64,000 nucleotides of DNA from Zoogloea sp. (GTDB taxonomy: Bacteria; Pseudomonadota; Gammaproteobacteria; Burkholderiales; Rhodocyclaceae). Of the stretch, positions 9,487 through 19,916 are shown piece by piece. A program made the position numbers and the translations under genes. Positions within the stretch are counted from its first letter, which is position 1, and each line of letters starts with the position of its first letter. The stretch covers positions 319 through 64,318 of the forward strand of contig NZ_JAQVCN010000025.1 in the NCBI RefSeq assembly GCF_028689785.1. The letters are read 5' to 3'. A model generated the notes under the pieces. That model did no database searches. It was not told the origin of the DNA and saw nothing but the letters and a program-made list of their open reading frames with translations.

Positions 9487-11649
9487 ATGCGTGTGATGAT
9501 CCGATATCTTGCAACTCTCGTCCTGGTTGCCGTGGCTTCAGGCTGTGGGCAGGTCTGGAACGATCCCTATCCTGCAGCCGAGCGGGGCCAGAACATCTTT
9601 TATTCGGCCTTCACCCAGCGCCCCAAACATCTTGATCCGGTTCAGTCCTACAGTGAGGACGAGGCGATTTTCCTCTACCAGATCTATGAGCCGCCGCTCC
9701 AGTATCACTACCTCAAACGCCCTTTCCAGCTTGTGCCGGCGACGTCACGGGCCATGCCTACCCTGAGGCAGTACGACGGAGCCGGGCAATTGCTGCCCGT
9801 CGGCGTTGATCCGGCCAAGGTTGCCCTCAGCGAGTACGAGATCCAGATCCAGCCGGGGATTCGCTATCAGCCCCATCCGGCCTTCGCCATCGACGGCGCG
9901 GGCAAGCCGATCTACCTGAACATGAACGCCGATATGCTGGCCAGCAAGCGCAGCCTTGGCGACTTTCCGCTCACCGGCACCCGGGAGCTGACCGCCGACG
10001 ACTATGTTTACCAGATCAAGCGTCTGGCTCACCCGCGCCTGCACTCCCCGGTGCTGGAGCTGATGGGGGACTACATCATCGGGCTGAAGGACCTGCATGC
10101 GCTCCTGGTCGCCGACGAGAAGGTCAGCAAGGACAGGCAGGCGTGGATCGACCTGCGAAGCTACCCCATGAGCGGTGTCGAGGTGGTAGACCGCTACACC
10201 TACAGGGTGCGGATCAAGGGGGCTTACCCGCAGTTTCCGTACTGGCTGGCCATGCCCTTCTTTGCGCCGGTGCCCTTCGAGGCTGACCGTTTCTTCGCTC
10301 AGCCGGGGATGGCCGAGCGCAACCTGACTCTGGACTGGTGGCCCATCGGGACCGGGCCCTACATGCTCCAGGAGAACAACCCGAACGCCCGGATGGTGCT
10401 GGTGAAAAACCCCAATTACCACGGTGAGAGCTACCCCTGCGAGGGGGAGGATGAGGACAAGGCGGCGTCATTGCTGGCCGATTGCGGCAAGCCGCTGCCG
10501 TTCATCGACAAGGTGGTGTTTACCCGGGAGAAGGAGAGCATTCCTTACTGGAACAAGTTTCTGCAGGGTTACTACGATGCCTCGGGGGTGTCGTCGGACA
10601 ACTTCGATCAGGCCGTGCAGATGGGTGGGCAGGGGGACGTGACTCTCAGCGATGAGATGGTCGTCAAAGGGATCAAGCTCAACACCTCGGTGGCGCCGAG
10701 CGTGATGTACATGGGCTTCAACATGCTCGATCCAGTGGTGGGAGGCAGCAGTGAGCGGGCGCGCAAGCTGCGTCTGGCCATTTCCATTGCCATCGATCAG
10801 GAGGAGTTCATTGCGGTTTTCCTGAATGGCCGGGGCGTTCCGGCGATGCACCCGATTCCGCCGGGTATTTTCGGCTATCGCGCTGACAAGGATGGGATCA
10901 ACCCCCGGGTGTACGACTGGGTGGATGGTTTGGCCCGGCGCAAGTCGGTGGAAGAAGCACGGCGTCTGCTGGCCGATGCCGGCTACCCCGGTGGCCGGGA
11001 CGCGAAAACCGGTGAGCCGCTGGTGGTCTATCTGGATACCACGGCGGGTGGGATGGGTGACAAGTCCACCATCGACTGGCTATCGAAGCAGTTTCGCAAG
11101 CTGGATGTGCAGCTCGTGGTGCGGGCGACGGATTACAACCGTTTCCAGGACAAGATCCGCAAGGGCAATGCGCAACTGTTCTACTGGGGCTGGAATGCCG
11201 ATTATCCAGACCCGGAGAACTTCCTGTTCCTCCTTTACGGGGCCCAGGGCAAGGTCAAGAGCCAGGGCGAGAATGCGGCCAATTACGAAAATGCTGAATA
11301 CGATCGTCTCTTCGAGCGCATGAAGGCCATGCCCGACAGCCCGGAGCGTCAGGCCATCATCGAGCGCATGCTGGCCATCCTGCAGCATGACGCGCCATGG
11401 GTGTGGGGCTTCTATGAGAAGGCTTATTCCCTGCAACACGGCTGGCTGCACAATCGCAAGCCGGGCAAGATCGTCCGCAACGGCCTCAAGTACCAGCGTA
11501 TCGACGTGGATGCGCGGCAGCGTCTGCGTGCCGAATGGAACAGCCCGATGGTGTGGCCCCTGGTGCTGGTTGTGCTGGTGGGGGCCCTGGCGGTGGCTCC
11601 GGCCATCATTCACTACCGGCGTCGGGAGCGGGCAGGTGCGAGGGCCTGA
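9487..11649 (+). CDS. Family-5 (peptide/nickel) ABC solute-binding protein; lipoprotein with C-terminal TM helix
   Basis: Lipobox [30 protein letters not shown]; hydrophobic C-terminal stretch followed by YRRRER. Confidence 0.85.
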   Translation: MRVMIRYLATLVLVAVASGCGQVWNDPYPAAERGQNIFYSAFTQRPKHLDPVQSYSEDEAIFLYQIYEPPLQYHYLKRPFQLVPATSRAMPTLRQYDGAGQLLPVGVDPAKVALSEYEIQIQPGIRYQPHPAFAIDGAGKPIYLNMNADMLASKRSLGDFPLTGTRELTADDYVYQIKRLAHPRLHSPVLELMGDYIIGLKDLHALLVADEKVSKDRQAWIDLRSYPMSGVEVVDRYTYRVRIKGAYPQFPYWLAMPFFAPVPFEADRFFAQPGMAERNLTLDWWPIGTGPYMLQENNPNARMVLVKNPNYHGESYPCEGEDEDKAASLLADCGKPLPFIDKVVFTREKESIPYWNKFLQGYYDASGVSSDNFDQAVQMGGQGDVTLSDEMVVKGIKLNTSVAPSVMYMGFNMLDPVVGGSSERARKLRLAISIAIDQEEFIAVFLNGRGVPAMHPIPPGIFGYRADKDGINPRVYDWVDGLARRKSVEEARRLLADAGYPGGRDAKTGEPLVVYLDTTAGGMGDKSTIDWLSKQFRKLDVQLVVRATDYNRFQDKIRKGNAQLFYWGWNADYPDPENFLFLLYGAQGKVKSQGENAANYENAEYDRLFERMKAMPDSPERQAIIERMLAILQHDAPWVWGFYEKAYSLQHGWLHNRKPGKIVRNGLKYQRIDVDARQRLRAEWNSPMVWPLVLVVLVGALAVAPAIIHYRRRERAGARA

Positions 11650-11700
11650 TCCGTCCGGCTGCATGTGCGATGGGGTGTCGTGAGAGCGGCGCTCCGACCC

Positions 11701-12327
11701 TTAGGGGGCGGGCAGCAGACCTTCCGACTGGAGCTTGCCCCCCAGCAGCTTGATGAGCTCTTCGACGACCTGGGCGGATGACCTGGGATTGAGGGTTTCG
11801 CTGACGGCGGTCCACACGGGTTTGCCTTCCGGCAGGCGATACAGCAGGGTTTCCACAACAACGGTGGTGTTTTCCACCGTGTATCCCGGCGTGGTGTAAA
11901 CATAGGGATAGAAAGTGTAGAAGGAGCCGTAGCGGGGGCCAAAGCGGCGGAAAAGAGGGTCGTTGGCGAACTGGGTCTGGGGCGGCACCACGACTTGGGA
12001 TTTATCCACCGACACCAGCCGTGACAGCAGTGCCGCATCGAAGCCCTCCCGGGCCAGCCGGGCGCGAACCTCGGCGGCTTCGAGGCTGGGGTCGAGTTCT
12101 AGGGTGTGGCCGGCGGCGGCGTTGGTGCCGGGGGGGATCGACTGGAGAACCCGATTCTCGGCCATCCGGCGCAGGTTCTCATCCTTCACTGCAACAAACA
12201 CCACCAGTTTGCGGGGTACCGCACCCGAATCAGAATCGTCGCGCCAAGTGGATTTGAGGGTGGAGCTTGCGCAGCCCGTGAGCAGGAGAGCTGCGCTAAT
12301 CAGGGCGGTGACGTGCTTGAGTGACAT
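11701..12327 (-). CDS. Conserved lipoprotein of unknown function (DUF4136-like)
   Basis: GGAG before ATG 12327; lipobox LLTGC; aromatic-rich loop YGSFYTFYPYVYTTPGY; VETLLYRL...VW. Confidence 0.6.
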   Translation of the reverse strand: MSLKHVTALISAALLLTGCASSTLKSTWRDDSDSGAVPRKLVVFVAVKDENLRRMAENRVLQSIPPGTNAAAGHTLELDPSLEAAEVRARLAREGFDAALLSRLVSVDKSQVVVPPQTQFANDPLFRRFGPRYGSFYTFYPYVYTTPGYTVENTTVVVETLLYRLPEGKPVWTAVSETLNPRSSAQVVEELIKLLGGKLQSEGLLPAP

Positions 12328-12386
12328 GGATGCTCCGCTTCGGAATTGTCGGTTGAATGCGTGAGACCGCAAGATTAACGCCAGAT

Positions 12387-15300
12387 TCAATGAAAATCCC
12401 GGCTTCGTGGGGCCAGGCGGCCCAATTGGGCAGAGCGGTCTACGACGCGCTTGGCATGCAGGTGCACCACGCGGCCCTGGCGGGTGATCTGCCCATATAC
12501 TCCGAGCAGGCGCGCACCCAGCAGAATGCGCCGCTCGGCCTCAAGGAGTTCGGGCCGGATGATCACGTTTACCCAGCCCGTTTCGTCTTCCAGGGTGATG
12601 AACAGGGTGCCCTTGGCGGTGCCCGGGCGCTGACGGCAGGTGACGATGCCGGCAGCCCGGGCCAGCTTGCGGTCGGGGCAGTCGGCGATTTCGGCAGCGC
12701 TTAGGAAGCGCTCCTCACGCAGCAGGCCGCGCAGGAAGCTCAGGGGGTGACTGCCCAGGCTGAAACCCAAACGGGCGTAATCGGCGATGACCTCCTGGGT
12801 TTCACCGGGAGGGCGCAGGAATGGCATGGCATCGGGGATAGGGGCATCCCGCAGCAAGCCAGGGGCGGCTTCGCTGCCGGCTGCTGCCCAGCAGGCCTGA
12901 CGACGGTGGCCGGCGAGACTGCCCAGGGCGCCTGCCGTGGCGAGCACCTGCAATTCGGTCGTGCTCAGGGCCGCACGGCGGGCCAGGTCTGCCACCGACT
13001 CGAAGGGGCAGGCCCGCCGTGCTGTGACGATGCGTGCTGCAGCGTCCGGGTTGAAGCCCTGGATCAGGCGCAGTCCCAGCCGGGCAGCCGGGGGGCCATG
13101 GGTGGAGGAGGGGGCCAGGGTGGATTCCCAGTCGCTCTCTGCTGCATCAGCCGGCAGGACTTCAACCTGATGGCGACGGGCATCCTGGATGAGCTGGGCG
13201 GGGCCGTAAAAACCCATCGGTTGGCTGTTGAGCAGGCCGCACAGGAAGGCTGCGGGTTCGAAGCGTTTGATCCAGGCGGATACGTACACCAGCAGGGCGA
13301 AGCTGGCGGCATGGGATTCCGGAAAGCCGTAGCTCCCGAAGCCCTGGATCTGACGGCTCAGGGCCTCGGCAAAGCTGGCTTCGTAGCCCCGGGCCAGCAT
13401 GCCCGCGGCGAGCTTGTCCTGGTAGCGGGTGAGCTCGCCCTTGCGCCCCCAGGCGCCCATGGCCCGGCGCAGCTGGTCGGCCTCGCCGGCGGTAAACCCT
13501 GCCGCCACCATGGCCAGCTGCATCACCTGCTCCTGGAAGATCGGCACGCCGTGAGTCCGGCACAGGACGGGTTCGATCTCTGGCCGGGGATAGGTGATCT
13601 TCTCATTTCGGGCGAGTTTCTCCCGGGCGGAAAGGTAGGGGTGCACCATGCCGCCCTGGATAGGCCCGGGCCGCACGATGGCGACTTCCACCACCAGGTC
13701 GTAATAACGGCGGGGGCGCAGGCGCGGCAGCATGCTCATCTGGGCCCGGGATTCGACCTGGAAAACGCCCATCGCATCGGCCTCACAGAGCATGTCGTAG
13801 ACCTCCGGCTGCTCCCGGGGGATGTCGGCCATCGTGAACGGCGCCCCCCGCCACTGGCCGATCAGCGCCAGGCTGCGGCGGATGGCTGACAGCATGCCCA
13901 GGGCCAGCACATCCACCTTGAGCAGGCCCAGGGCTTCCAGGTCGTCTTTGTCCCACTGGATGACGGTGCGATCTGCCATGGCGGCGTTTTCCATGGGCAC
14001 CAGTTCGGCCAGGGGACCGCGGGAAATAACGAAACCACCTACATGCTGGGACAGGTGGCGGGGAAAGCCGACGAGTTCGTTGGCCAGTTGGAGCAGTAAC
14101 TGGATGCGTGGGTTTGCCAGGTCCAGGCCTGCTTCGCGGATCCGCTCCGGTGACACTTTCAGACCATCCCACCAGGCCAGGCGGCGGGTGAGCTGATCCA
14201 ACTGGCCGCTATCGAAGCCGAGGGCGCGGCCCACGTCGCGCAGGGCGCTCCGGGGGCGGTAGCGGATCACTGTGGCGGCCAGGGCTGCCCGGTCACGGCC
14301 GTACTTGCGGTAAATGTACTGGATGACCTCCTCGCGGCGGTCGTGCTCGAAATCCACGTCGATGTCGGGGGGCTCGTTGCGTTCCCGGGAGATGAAGCGC
14401 TCGAACAGCAGGCTGGCTTCAGCCGGGGCCACTTCGGTTACACCCAAGGCATAACAGACCACCGAATTGGCGGCCGAGCCACGGCCCTGGCACAGGATCT
14501 TCTGACTGCGGGCAAAGCGCACGATGTCTTCGACCGTCAGGAAGAAGGCTTCGTAGCGCAGCTCGGCAATCAGAGTGAGTTCCTTGTTGACCTGGGCACG
14601 GATGCCTTCCGGCAGAGGGGTCTTGCCGGCGGCCCAATCGGGGTAGCGGCGACGCAGGCCCTGTTCCACCAGTGCCCTCAGATGGCTCGTGGCTGTGGCC
14701 CCGGCGGGCACGATCTCTTCCGGGTACTCGTAGCGCAGGGTGTCCAGGGTGAATGTGCAGCGGGCGGCTACCTTCAGGGTTTCGGCCAGCCATTCGGCCG
14801 GGTGGTGGTCGCCCAGCCGGGCCCGTGGCTGCAGGTGGGCCTCGTGATTGGGAGCCAGCAGATAGCCGGCCTCGTCCAGGCTGCAGCGGTGGCGCAGGGC
14901 GTCCAGTACGTCGGCCACGGCCTTGCGCTCCGGGGTGTGCATCAAGGGTGCGCAGGTGCTGACTACTGTCATGCCGGCACGCCGGGCTGCGTCGGTAATC
15001 CATCGGCACCGCCAGGCATCGTCGGGCCCCAGGTGAAGGGGGGCGGCCAGCCAGCTTGCACCTGGAAAGAGGCGGGCCAGCCAGCAGGCATCGGCAGCGA
15101 GCCCGTCGGGCCGCTGATCGATCGCGTCGGGGGGAAGCAACAGAGCCAGGCAGCCGGGGAGGCCGTTTTCGAGATCACTGCGCTGAAGGTGGTAAGCCCC
15201 CTTGTCCGCGGCCCGCCGGCCTTTGCTGATGAGGCTGGAGAGGCGGCCATAGGCGGAGCGGTCTGTAGCGATCAGCACCAGCCGGGGGCCGTCGGCAAGC

Positions 15301-15527
15301 TGCAGCGAGGTGCCGATCAGCAATTGCAACGCGTCCGGTTGCTGGCGCCACTGGGTATGAGCCCGGACCACACCGGCCAGGGAGCATTCGTCGGTGATGG
15401 CCAGCGCTGCATAGCCCAGGGCCACGGCCTGGGCGACCAGCTCTTCGGGGTGGGATGCGCCGGTGAGGAAGCTGAAGTTGCTGCGGCAGTAGAGTTCGGC
15501 GAAGGCTGGTGAGGGGATGCTTGTCAT
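12387..15527 (-). CDS. dnaE2: Error-prone DNA polymerase III alpha subunit (ImuC)
   Basis: FAELYCRSNFSFLTGASHPEEL, GRGSAANS, PPDIDVDFEH, FPRHLSQHVGGF, YGFPESHAASFA, CRQRPGTAKG, SRDFH tail. Confidence 0.97.
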   Translation of the reverse strand: MTSIPSPAFAELYCRSNFSFLTGASHPEELVAQAVALGYAALAITDECSLAGVVRAHTQWRQQPDALQLLIGTSLQLADGPRLVLIATDRSAYGRLSSLISKGRRAADKGAYHLQRSDLENGLPGCLALLLPPDAIDQRPDGLAADACWLARLFPGASWLAAPLHLGPDDAWRCRWITDAARRAGMTVVSTCAPLMHTPERKAVADVLDALRHRCSLDEAGYLLAPNHEAHLQPRARLGDHHPAEWLAETLKVAARCTFTLDTLRYEYPEEIVPAGATATSHLRALVEQGLRRRYPDWAAGKTPLPEGIRAQVNKELTLIAELRYEAFFLTVEDIVRFARSQKILCQGRGSAANSVVCYALGVTEVAPAEASLLFERFISRERNEPPDIDVDFEHDRREEVIQYIYRKYGRDRAALAATVIRYRPRSALRDVGRALGFDSGQLDQLTRRLAWWDGLKVSPERIREAGLDLANPRIQLLLQLANELVGFPRHLSQHVGGFVISRGPLAELVPMENAAMADRTVIQWDKDDLEALGLLKVDVLALGMLSAIRRSLALIGQWRGAPFTMADIPREQPEVYDMLCEADAMGVFQVESRAQMSMLPRLRPRRYYDLVVEVAIVRPGPIQGGMVHPYLSAREKLARNEKITYPRPEIEPVLCRTHGVPIFQEQVMQLAMVAAGFTAGEADQLRRAMGAWGRKGELTRYQDKLAAGMLARGYEASFAEALSRQIQGFGSYGFPESHAASFALLVYVSAWIKRFEPAAFLCGLLNSQPMGFYGPAQLIQDARRHQVEVLPADAAESDWESTLAPSSTHGPPAARLGLRLIQGFNPDAAARIVTARRACPFESVADLARRAALSTTELQVLATAGALGSLAGHRRQACWAAAGSEAAPGLLRDAPIPDAMPFLRPPGETQEVIADYARLGFSLGSHPLSFLRGLLREERFLSAAEIADCPDRKLARAAGIVTCRQRPGTAKGTLFITLEDETGWVNVIIRPELLEAERRILLGARLLGVYGQITRQGRVVHLHAKRVVDRSAQLGRLAPRSRDFH

Positions 15528-15534
15528 GGGTTGA

Positions 15535-15550
15535 CTGTATAAATAAACAG
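15535..15550. promoter_or_regulatory. LexA (SOS) box upstream of dnaE2
   Basis: CTGT-ATAAATAA-ACAG, a perfect CTGT-N8-ACAG, 7 bp from the dnaE2 ATG. Confidence 0.9.
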
Positions 15551-15575
15551 TCTTCCCGGCAAGCCTCCCCGAGAG

Positions 15576-17429
15576 TCAGTGTCTGAAGAAGCGTCGCTTT
15601 GCCGTCAGGATGGCCAGGCATAGCAGGACGCCCAGGCTGCCGGGGTCCATCGCCCCTCCACCGCCGGAGGATTTGGTCGCTGCCACCTGGACTTCGACAG
15701 TCACTTGATTTGTGCCCTGACGTCCCGAGTCATCGGTGACGGTCAGGCTCAGCACATAGGTGCCGGCCACAGGGGCCGTGAAGGAGGGGCTGGCGACGTT
15801 GTCGGCGCTGAAGCTGCCGGTGCCTGGACCGCTGAGCTGGGTCCACTTCCAGCCCACCAGGGTGGCGCCGCTGGACACCGTGCTGCCGGTAGAGTCCAGG
15901 GTGATGGGCGTACCTGCCATGGGTGAAGCCGATACGCTGATCTTTGCGACAGGATCGGTGATCGCAGCCGCCGCGGCAGCGGAAACGGCGCCGACGGTAT
16001 TCAGCATGCCCGCGCCGCAGGTGGTGGTGGTGCAGTTGCACTGCCCGTCTGCGGAGGTGATGGGGCAGGTGGGCAGCGTGTTGTCGAGGGGAAAGGGGGT
16101 GGCACTGCTCTTGATGAAGCGGCTCACATCCGTTTCCGTCAGGGCCGGGTTGGCGGCCAGCATGAGGGCGGCGGTGCCCGCCACCAGCGGTGCGGCAAAG
16201 CTGGTGCCCACGGTGCTGTCGCCCGTACCGGTGTAGGTATTGCCCGCTGGGCTGGTGCTGCCCTGGTTGGTCAGGGTGACCAGGGGAAACAGGCAGGGCT
16301 GGCCCGCCTGGATGTTTACGCAGTTGCCGGCCGGGGCGCTGATGCCCACCTCGATCCCATGGCTCGAATAGCCCACCTTGGTGCCCACGTGGCGGATGCC
16401 GGCCACGGCCAGCACGCCCGGGCAGTTGGCCGGCTCGTCGACCGCACCGGATTCGTTGCCGGCTGCGGCGACGATCAGGGTGCCGGCGGCGCGGATTTCG
16501 GCAATCGCCGAGCGGTAAGCTGCGCTGCAGCTGCCTGCTCCGGCCAGGCTCAGGTTGATTACTCGCGCGGGTGTCGGATTGGTGGGCACACCAGGGACGG
16601 CCAGCCCGGCAGCCCAGCGCATGCCGGCAATGATGTCCGAATCGAAGCCACCACATTTGCCGAGTACGCGGACGGGCTGGATGCGGGTGGCACCACCCAT
16701 CCCGGCGATGCCCCGGGAGTTGTTGGTTTCTGCAGACAGGATGCCCGCCACCTGGGTGCCATGCCAGCTGCTGGCCTGGGTGCTCAGGGTGCCGCACAGG
16801 GCAATCAGGGCCGGATTGCTGCGATCGGCCAGGGAGACGTAATCGCCCGGGTCCGAGGGGTCGGCGTCGCGGCCGCTCTGACCGTCGTTGGCATTCAGGT
16901 TGTCGGTGATGAAGTCGTAGCCGGCCACCAGACGCGGTGCCAGATCTTCGTGATCCAGGCGTACGCCGGAGTCCACCACGGCCACGACCACCGCGCTGCT
17001 GCCGCGGGTCAGGTCCCAGGCGGCCTGGGCGTTGGTGGCGGCAAGGCGGGTGGTGTCGGGGGCCTGCAGATACCACTGAAACCCGAACAGGGGGTCGTTG
17101 GGCAGGGCGCTGATCTTCTTGATGCGGTCGGGGACCGCGTACTCCACGTCGGCATCCCGGGCCAGCCTGGCTGCCAGCGCTTCGGAGCTCAGGCCGCTGG
17201 CGCGCATCACATGGAGATCGCGGCCGGGCTGGCTGAGCATGTGGGCGGTCAGCCCGAGGCGGGTGCCCAGGGTTTCGACACGCCCGGCCGCCTGGATCTG
17301 CTTGAGGGGGGAGCTGGCCTTGAGCTTGACGATCACCCGGGCTTCACTGGGCTCGGCAGCGTGGGCGCACAGGGGGAGGAGGGCTGCCAGGGCGCTCAGG
17401 ACCAGGCTGGTTCGGGTTGGCGCTTTCAT
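15576..17429 (-). CDS. S8 subtilisin-like secreted serine protease with PKD-like domain and GlyGly-CTERM tail
   Basis: Catalytic triad in VAVVDSG, SWHGTQVAG and GTSFAAP; signal peptide from ATG 17429; tail SSGGGGAMDPGSLGVLLCLAILTAKRR. Confidence 0.9.
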   Translation of the reverse strand: MKAPTRTSLVLSALAALLPLCAHAAEPSEARVIVKLKASSPLKQIQAAGRVETLGTRLGLTAHMLSQPGRDLHVMRASGLSSEALAARLARDADVEYAVPDRIKKISALPNDPLFGFQWYLQAPDTTRLAATNAQAAWDLTRGSSAVVVAVVDSGVRLDHEDLAPRLVAGYDFITDNLNANDGQSGRDADPSDPGDYVSLADRSNPALIALCGTLSTQASSWHGTQVAGILSAETNNSRGIAGMGGATRIQPVRVLGKCGGFDSDIIAGMRWAAGLAVPGVPTNPTPARVINLSLAGAGSCSAAYRSAIAEIRAAGTLIVAAAGNESGAVDEPANCPGVLAVAGIRHVGTKVGYSSHGIEVGISAPAGNCVNIQAGQPCLFPLVTLTNQGSTSPAGNTYTGTGDSTVGTSFAAPLVAGTAALMLAANPALTETDVSRFIKSSATPFPLDNTLPTCPITSADGQCNCTTTTCGAGMLNTVGAVSAAAAAAITDPVAKISVSASPMAGTPITLDSTGSTVSSGATLVGWKWTQLSGPGTGSFSADNVASPSFTAPVAGTYVLSLTVTDDSGRQGTNQVTVEVQVAATKSSGGGGAMDPGSLGVLLCLAILTAKRRFFRH

Positions 17430-17552
17430 GGGGCGTCCTGGATGGTGTCGGATGAGCATGGGGGCTCCAGCGGGAAAGAGCCTGCCACTTTATGTGAATA
17501 GGATTTCATCCGCATGCAAAACAAAGTCGCGCCTCTACTGGCAGCGTCGTCT

Positions 17553-17804
17553 TTAGCGGCGCTGACGCCCTTTGATTGGGCCGCCGGACGGTGCGGCAGG
17601 GGCTGGTTTGCCGTATTCCTTGAATACCCGCTTTGCGTCCTGCTCGGCTCGCAATTGGGTGCACAGGCTTGGGTCGTCGTCGTGTTCGCTGAAATAGCCG
17701 GCTGCCTGGGCCTTCATCACGAGCTGGATGGCGGCGTGTTCGCTGAGGCCAAAGCGCTCAAAAATGAGGGTGGTCACTTCGTCCAGATGTTCTTCGTAGG
17801 TCAT
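17553..17804 (-). CDS. Small hypothetical protein (83 aa)
   Basis: MTYEEHLDEVTTLIFERFGLS...FSEHDDDPSLCTQ; protein-like composition, fills the gap between two genes. Confidence 0.6.
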   Translation of the reverse strand: MTYEEHLDEVTTLIFERFGLSEHAAIQLVMKAQAAGYFSEHDDDPSLCTQLRAEQDAKRVFKEYGKPAPAAPSGGPIKGRQRR

Positions 17805-17925
17805 GGTGTGATTGATCGCAGGGCGGGAGACAAGCCTTGCATTGTACCGGCAGGCGGGCGGGCTCATTGCCCACCTGTCTGGGCTGCGCGGATAATCGGG
17901 CCCATCATCTGCCTTCGCCGCCACC

Positions 17926-18726
17926 ATGTCCGACTCCTCGCCCGTTCTCTCCGCCCTTTACCGCTACCCCGTCAAGTCCATGCGTGGGCAGCGCCTGGAT
18001 GCCAGCCCGGTCAGCCCCCTGGGCCTGCCCTTCGATCGTATGTGGATGGTGGCTGATCCGTCCGGCCGCTTCGTGACCGGGCGTGACTACCCGGAGTTGG
18101 TCCTGATCGATGCCCATCCCTCGGCGCTCGGGCTGACGCTCTCGGCGCCAGGTAGGGAGGCCCTCTTCGTGCCCAATAGCGCCTTCACCGAAGTCTGCGA
18201 GGCCACTGTGTGGGGTGACCGCTTTGCTGCCTGGGAGGGGAGCGCCGAGGCGGCAGACTGGATCTCTGCCTACATCGGGGCGCGCCTCAAGCTTCTGTGG
18301 ACCGGCGCCAAGACGGTACGCCGCGTCAAGGTCGATGACAGCGTGCCTTTGTCCTTCGCCGATGGCTATCCGCTGCTCATCATCGGCCAGGCTTCCCTTG
18401 ATGACCTCTCCGCGCGCCTGGGGCACCCGCTGGCCATGGCGCGCTTTCGCCCCAACCTCGTGGTCTCCGGGGCGGAGCCCTTCGCTGAAGACGGCTGGAA
18501 GCGCATCCGCATCGGTTCCGCCACCTTTCGCATCGCCAAGCCCTGCGAGCGCTGCGTATTCACGACAGTCGACCCGGAGACAGGTTACAAGGCCCTGAAC
18601 CAGGAGCCTCTCCGAACCCTGGCCAAGTACCGCAAGACGCCCGAGGGGGTGATTTTCGGGCAGAACGTGATTGCCGAGGGCAGCACCGAATTGCAATGTG
18701 GAATGCCTGTGGAAGTGCTTGAGTGA
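17926..18726 (+). CDS. MOSC domain protein (YcbX N-terminal / mARC-like)
   Basis: LYRYPVKSMRG, FDRMWMV, SFADGYPLL, RFRPNLVV, KPCERCVFTTVDP. Confidence 0.93.
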   Translation: MSDSSPVLSALYRYPVKSMRGQRLDASPVSPLGLPFDRMWMVADPSGRFVTGRDYPELVLIDAHPSALGLTLSAPGREALFVPNSAFTEVCEATVWGDRFAAWEGSAEAADWISAYIGARLKLLWTGAKTVRRVKVDDSVPLSFADGYPLLIIGQASLDDLSARLGHPLAMARFRPNLVVSGAEPFAEDGWKRIRIGSATFRIAKPCERCVFTTVDPETGYKALNQEPLRTLAKYRKTPEGVIFGQNVIAEGSTELQCGMPVEVLE

Positions 18727-18845
18727 CGAATTTCCCTCCCTTGGCTGGGGGAGGGCGAATCAGCGTTTAATTAATTAGCAATTTCTGATGTATTGGATTT
18801 TCCAATCCGGGTTCCCTGAAATTGGCTGGAAATGGGTCTCCAGCC

Positions 18846-18859
18846 TTGATCTCAGTCAA
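18846..18859. promoter_or_regulatory. FNR/Dnr-type box
   Basis: TTGAT-CTCA-GTCAA, one mismatch from TTGAT-N4-ATCAA, about 110 bp upstream of the cytochrome cluster. Confidence 0.65.
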
Positions 18860-18968
18860 AACCAGGGCAATTAACTGCATCGATTTATCCTATGCAAAAA
18901 AACAGGAGCCGATAATTCCCCGGTCAGCCAACAGGGGAATTCAAGTGTTCGGGAATCTTGGAAAAAAG

Positions 18969-19916
18969 ATGCGTGGTGCCATGGCACTGCTGGCTTTGCT
19001 GGCTGCACCAATGGCCTTTGGCGATGATCCACCTCCTACCCCCGAAGAGCTCGTGAAGATCCGGGCCGCCAATGCCGAGTGCCTCAGCTGCCATTCGGAA
19101 GCGGGGCTCAAGAAACCCCCCAAGGAAGGGATGGATCTCAAGAAGCTGCGCAGTCATCTGGTCCACCTGGATACCTTCACGGCATCAGATCACGGGCAGA
19201 TGGCCTGTACCAAGTGCCATGGAGACGGCTATGCAGAACACCCCCACGCCGCCGACGCCAAGGACGAAATAGCGGAATGCCAGGACTGCCATGCCCGCAA
19301 GGCCATGCGCATCGAGCGCCAGTTCGACAAGTCGGTGCATGCCGAAAACCTGAGCGATACCTTCACCTGCAAGACCTGCCATGACGCCCACACCATGGCC
19401 CTGGCAAGCAAGCTGCGCGACCCCCACAAGATCGTGGCCCAGGACAACAAGATCTGTCTTGACTGCCATGACTCCGATCTGGCCTTTGCCAAGATGGCTC
19501 CGGACAACAAGAAGCGTCCGCCCATCGACGACATTCACGCCTGGCTGCCCAACACCCGCCTGCACTGGAAGGCAGTGCGCTGCGTTGAATGCCACACCCC
19601 CACCGAAGACAAGCTCTCCCTGTCCCACGAGATCCAGAACAAGGACAAGGCGGAGAAGAAGTGTGCCAGTTGCCACAGTGCCAACTCATCGCTCAACGCA
19701 CGTCTCTATCGCCATCTGCAGGCCGAGGAGCAGAACAAGTACGGCTTCCTCAACAGCGTGATGCTGAGCAGTTCTTATGTAGTCGGTGCAACCCGCAATC
19801 CGACCCTCGACAAGGCCTTGATCGCCCTGTTCATTGCCACTGTGCTGGGCGTCATCGGCCATGGCATCGTCCGCATCATCACGACCCGTCTGCGTCGGAG
19901 AAAGAACCATGACTAA
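18969..19916 (+). CDS. Heptaheme c-type cytochrome with C-terminal membrane anchor (CbcA-like architecture)
   Basis: Seven CXXCH motifs (CLSCH, CTKCH, CQDCH, CKTCH, CLDCH, CVECH, CASCH); signal peptide; C-terminal TM containing His. Start could be 18981. Confidence 0.88.
   Translation: MRGAMALLALLAAPMAFGDDPPPTPEELVKIRAANAECLSCHSEAGLKKPPKEGMDLKKLRSHLVHLDTFTASDHGQMACTKCHGDGYAEHPHAADAKDEIAECQDCHARKAMRIERQFDKSVHAENLSDTFTCKTCHDAHTMALASKLRDPHKIVAQDNKICLDCHDSDLAFAKMAPDNKKRPPIDDIHAWLPNTRLHWKAVRCVECHTPTEDKLSLSHEIQNKDKAEKKCASCHSANSSLNARLYRHLQAEEQNKYGFLNSVMLSSSYVVGATRNPTLDKALIALFIATVLGVIGHGIVRIITTRLRRRKNHD

Noticed and set aside
17926-18726. MOSC gene as part of the cytochrome conduit
   Set aside because: Separated by a hairpin and a 240-bp spacer with its own regulatory motifs; cytoplasmic enzyme with no evident link.
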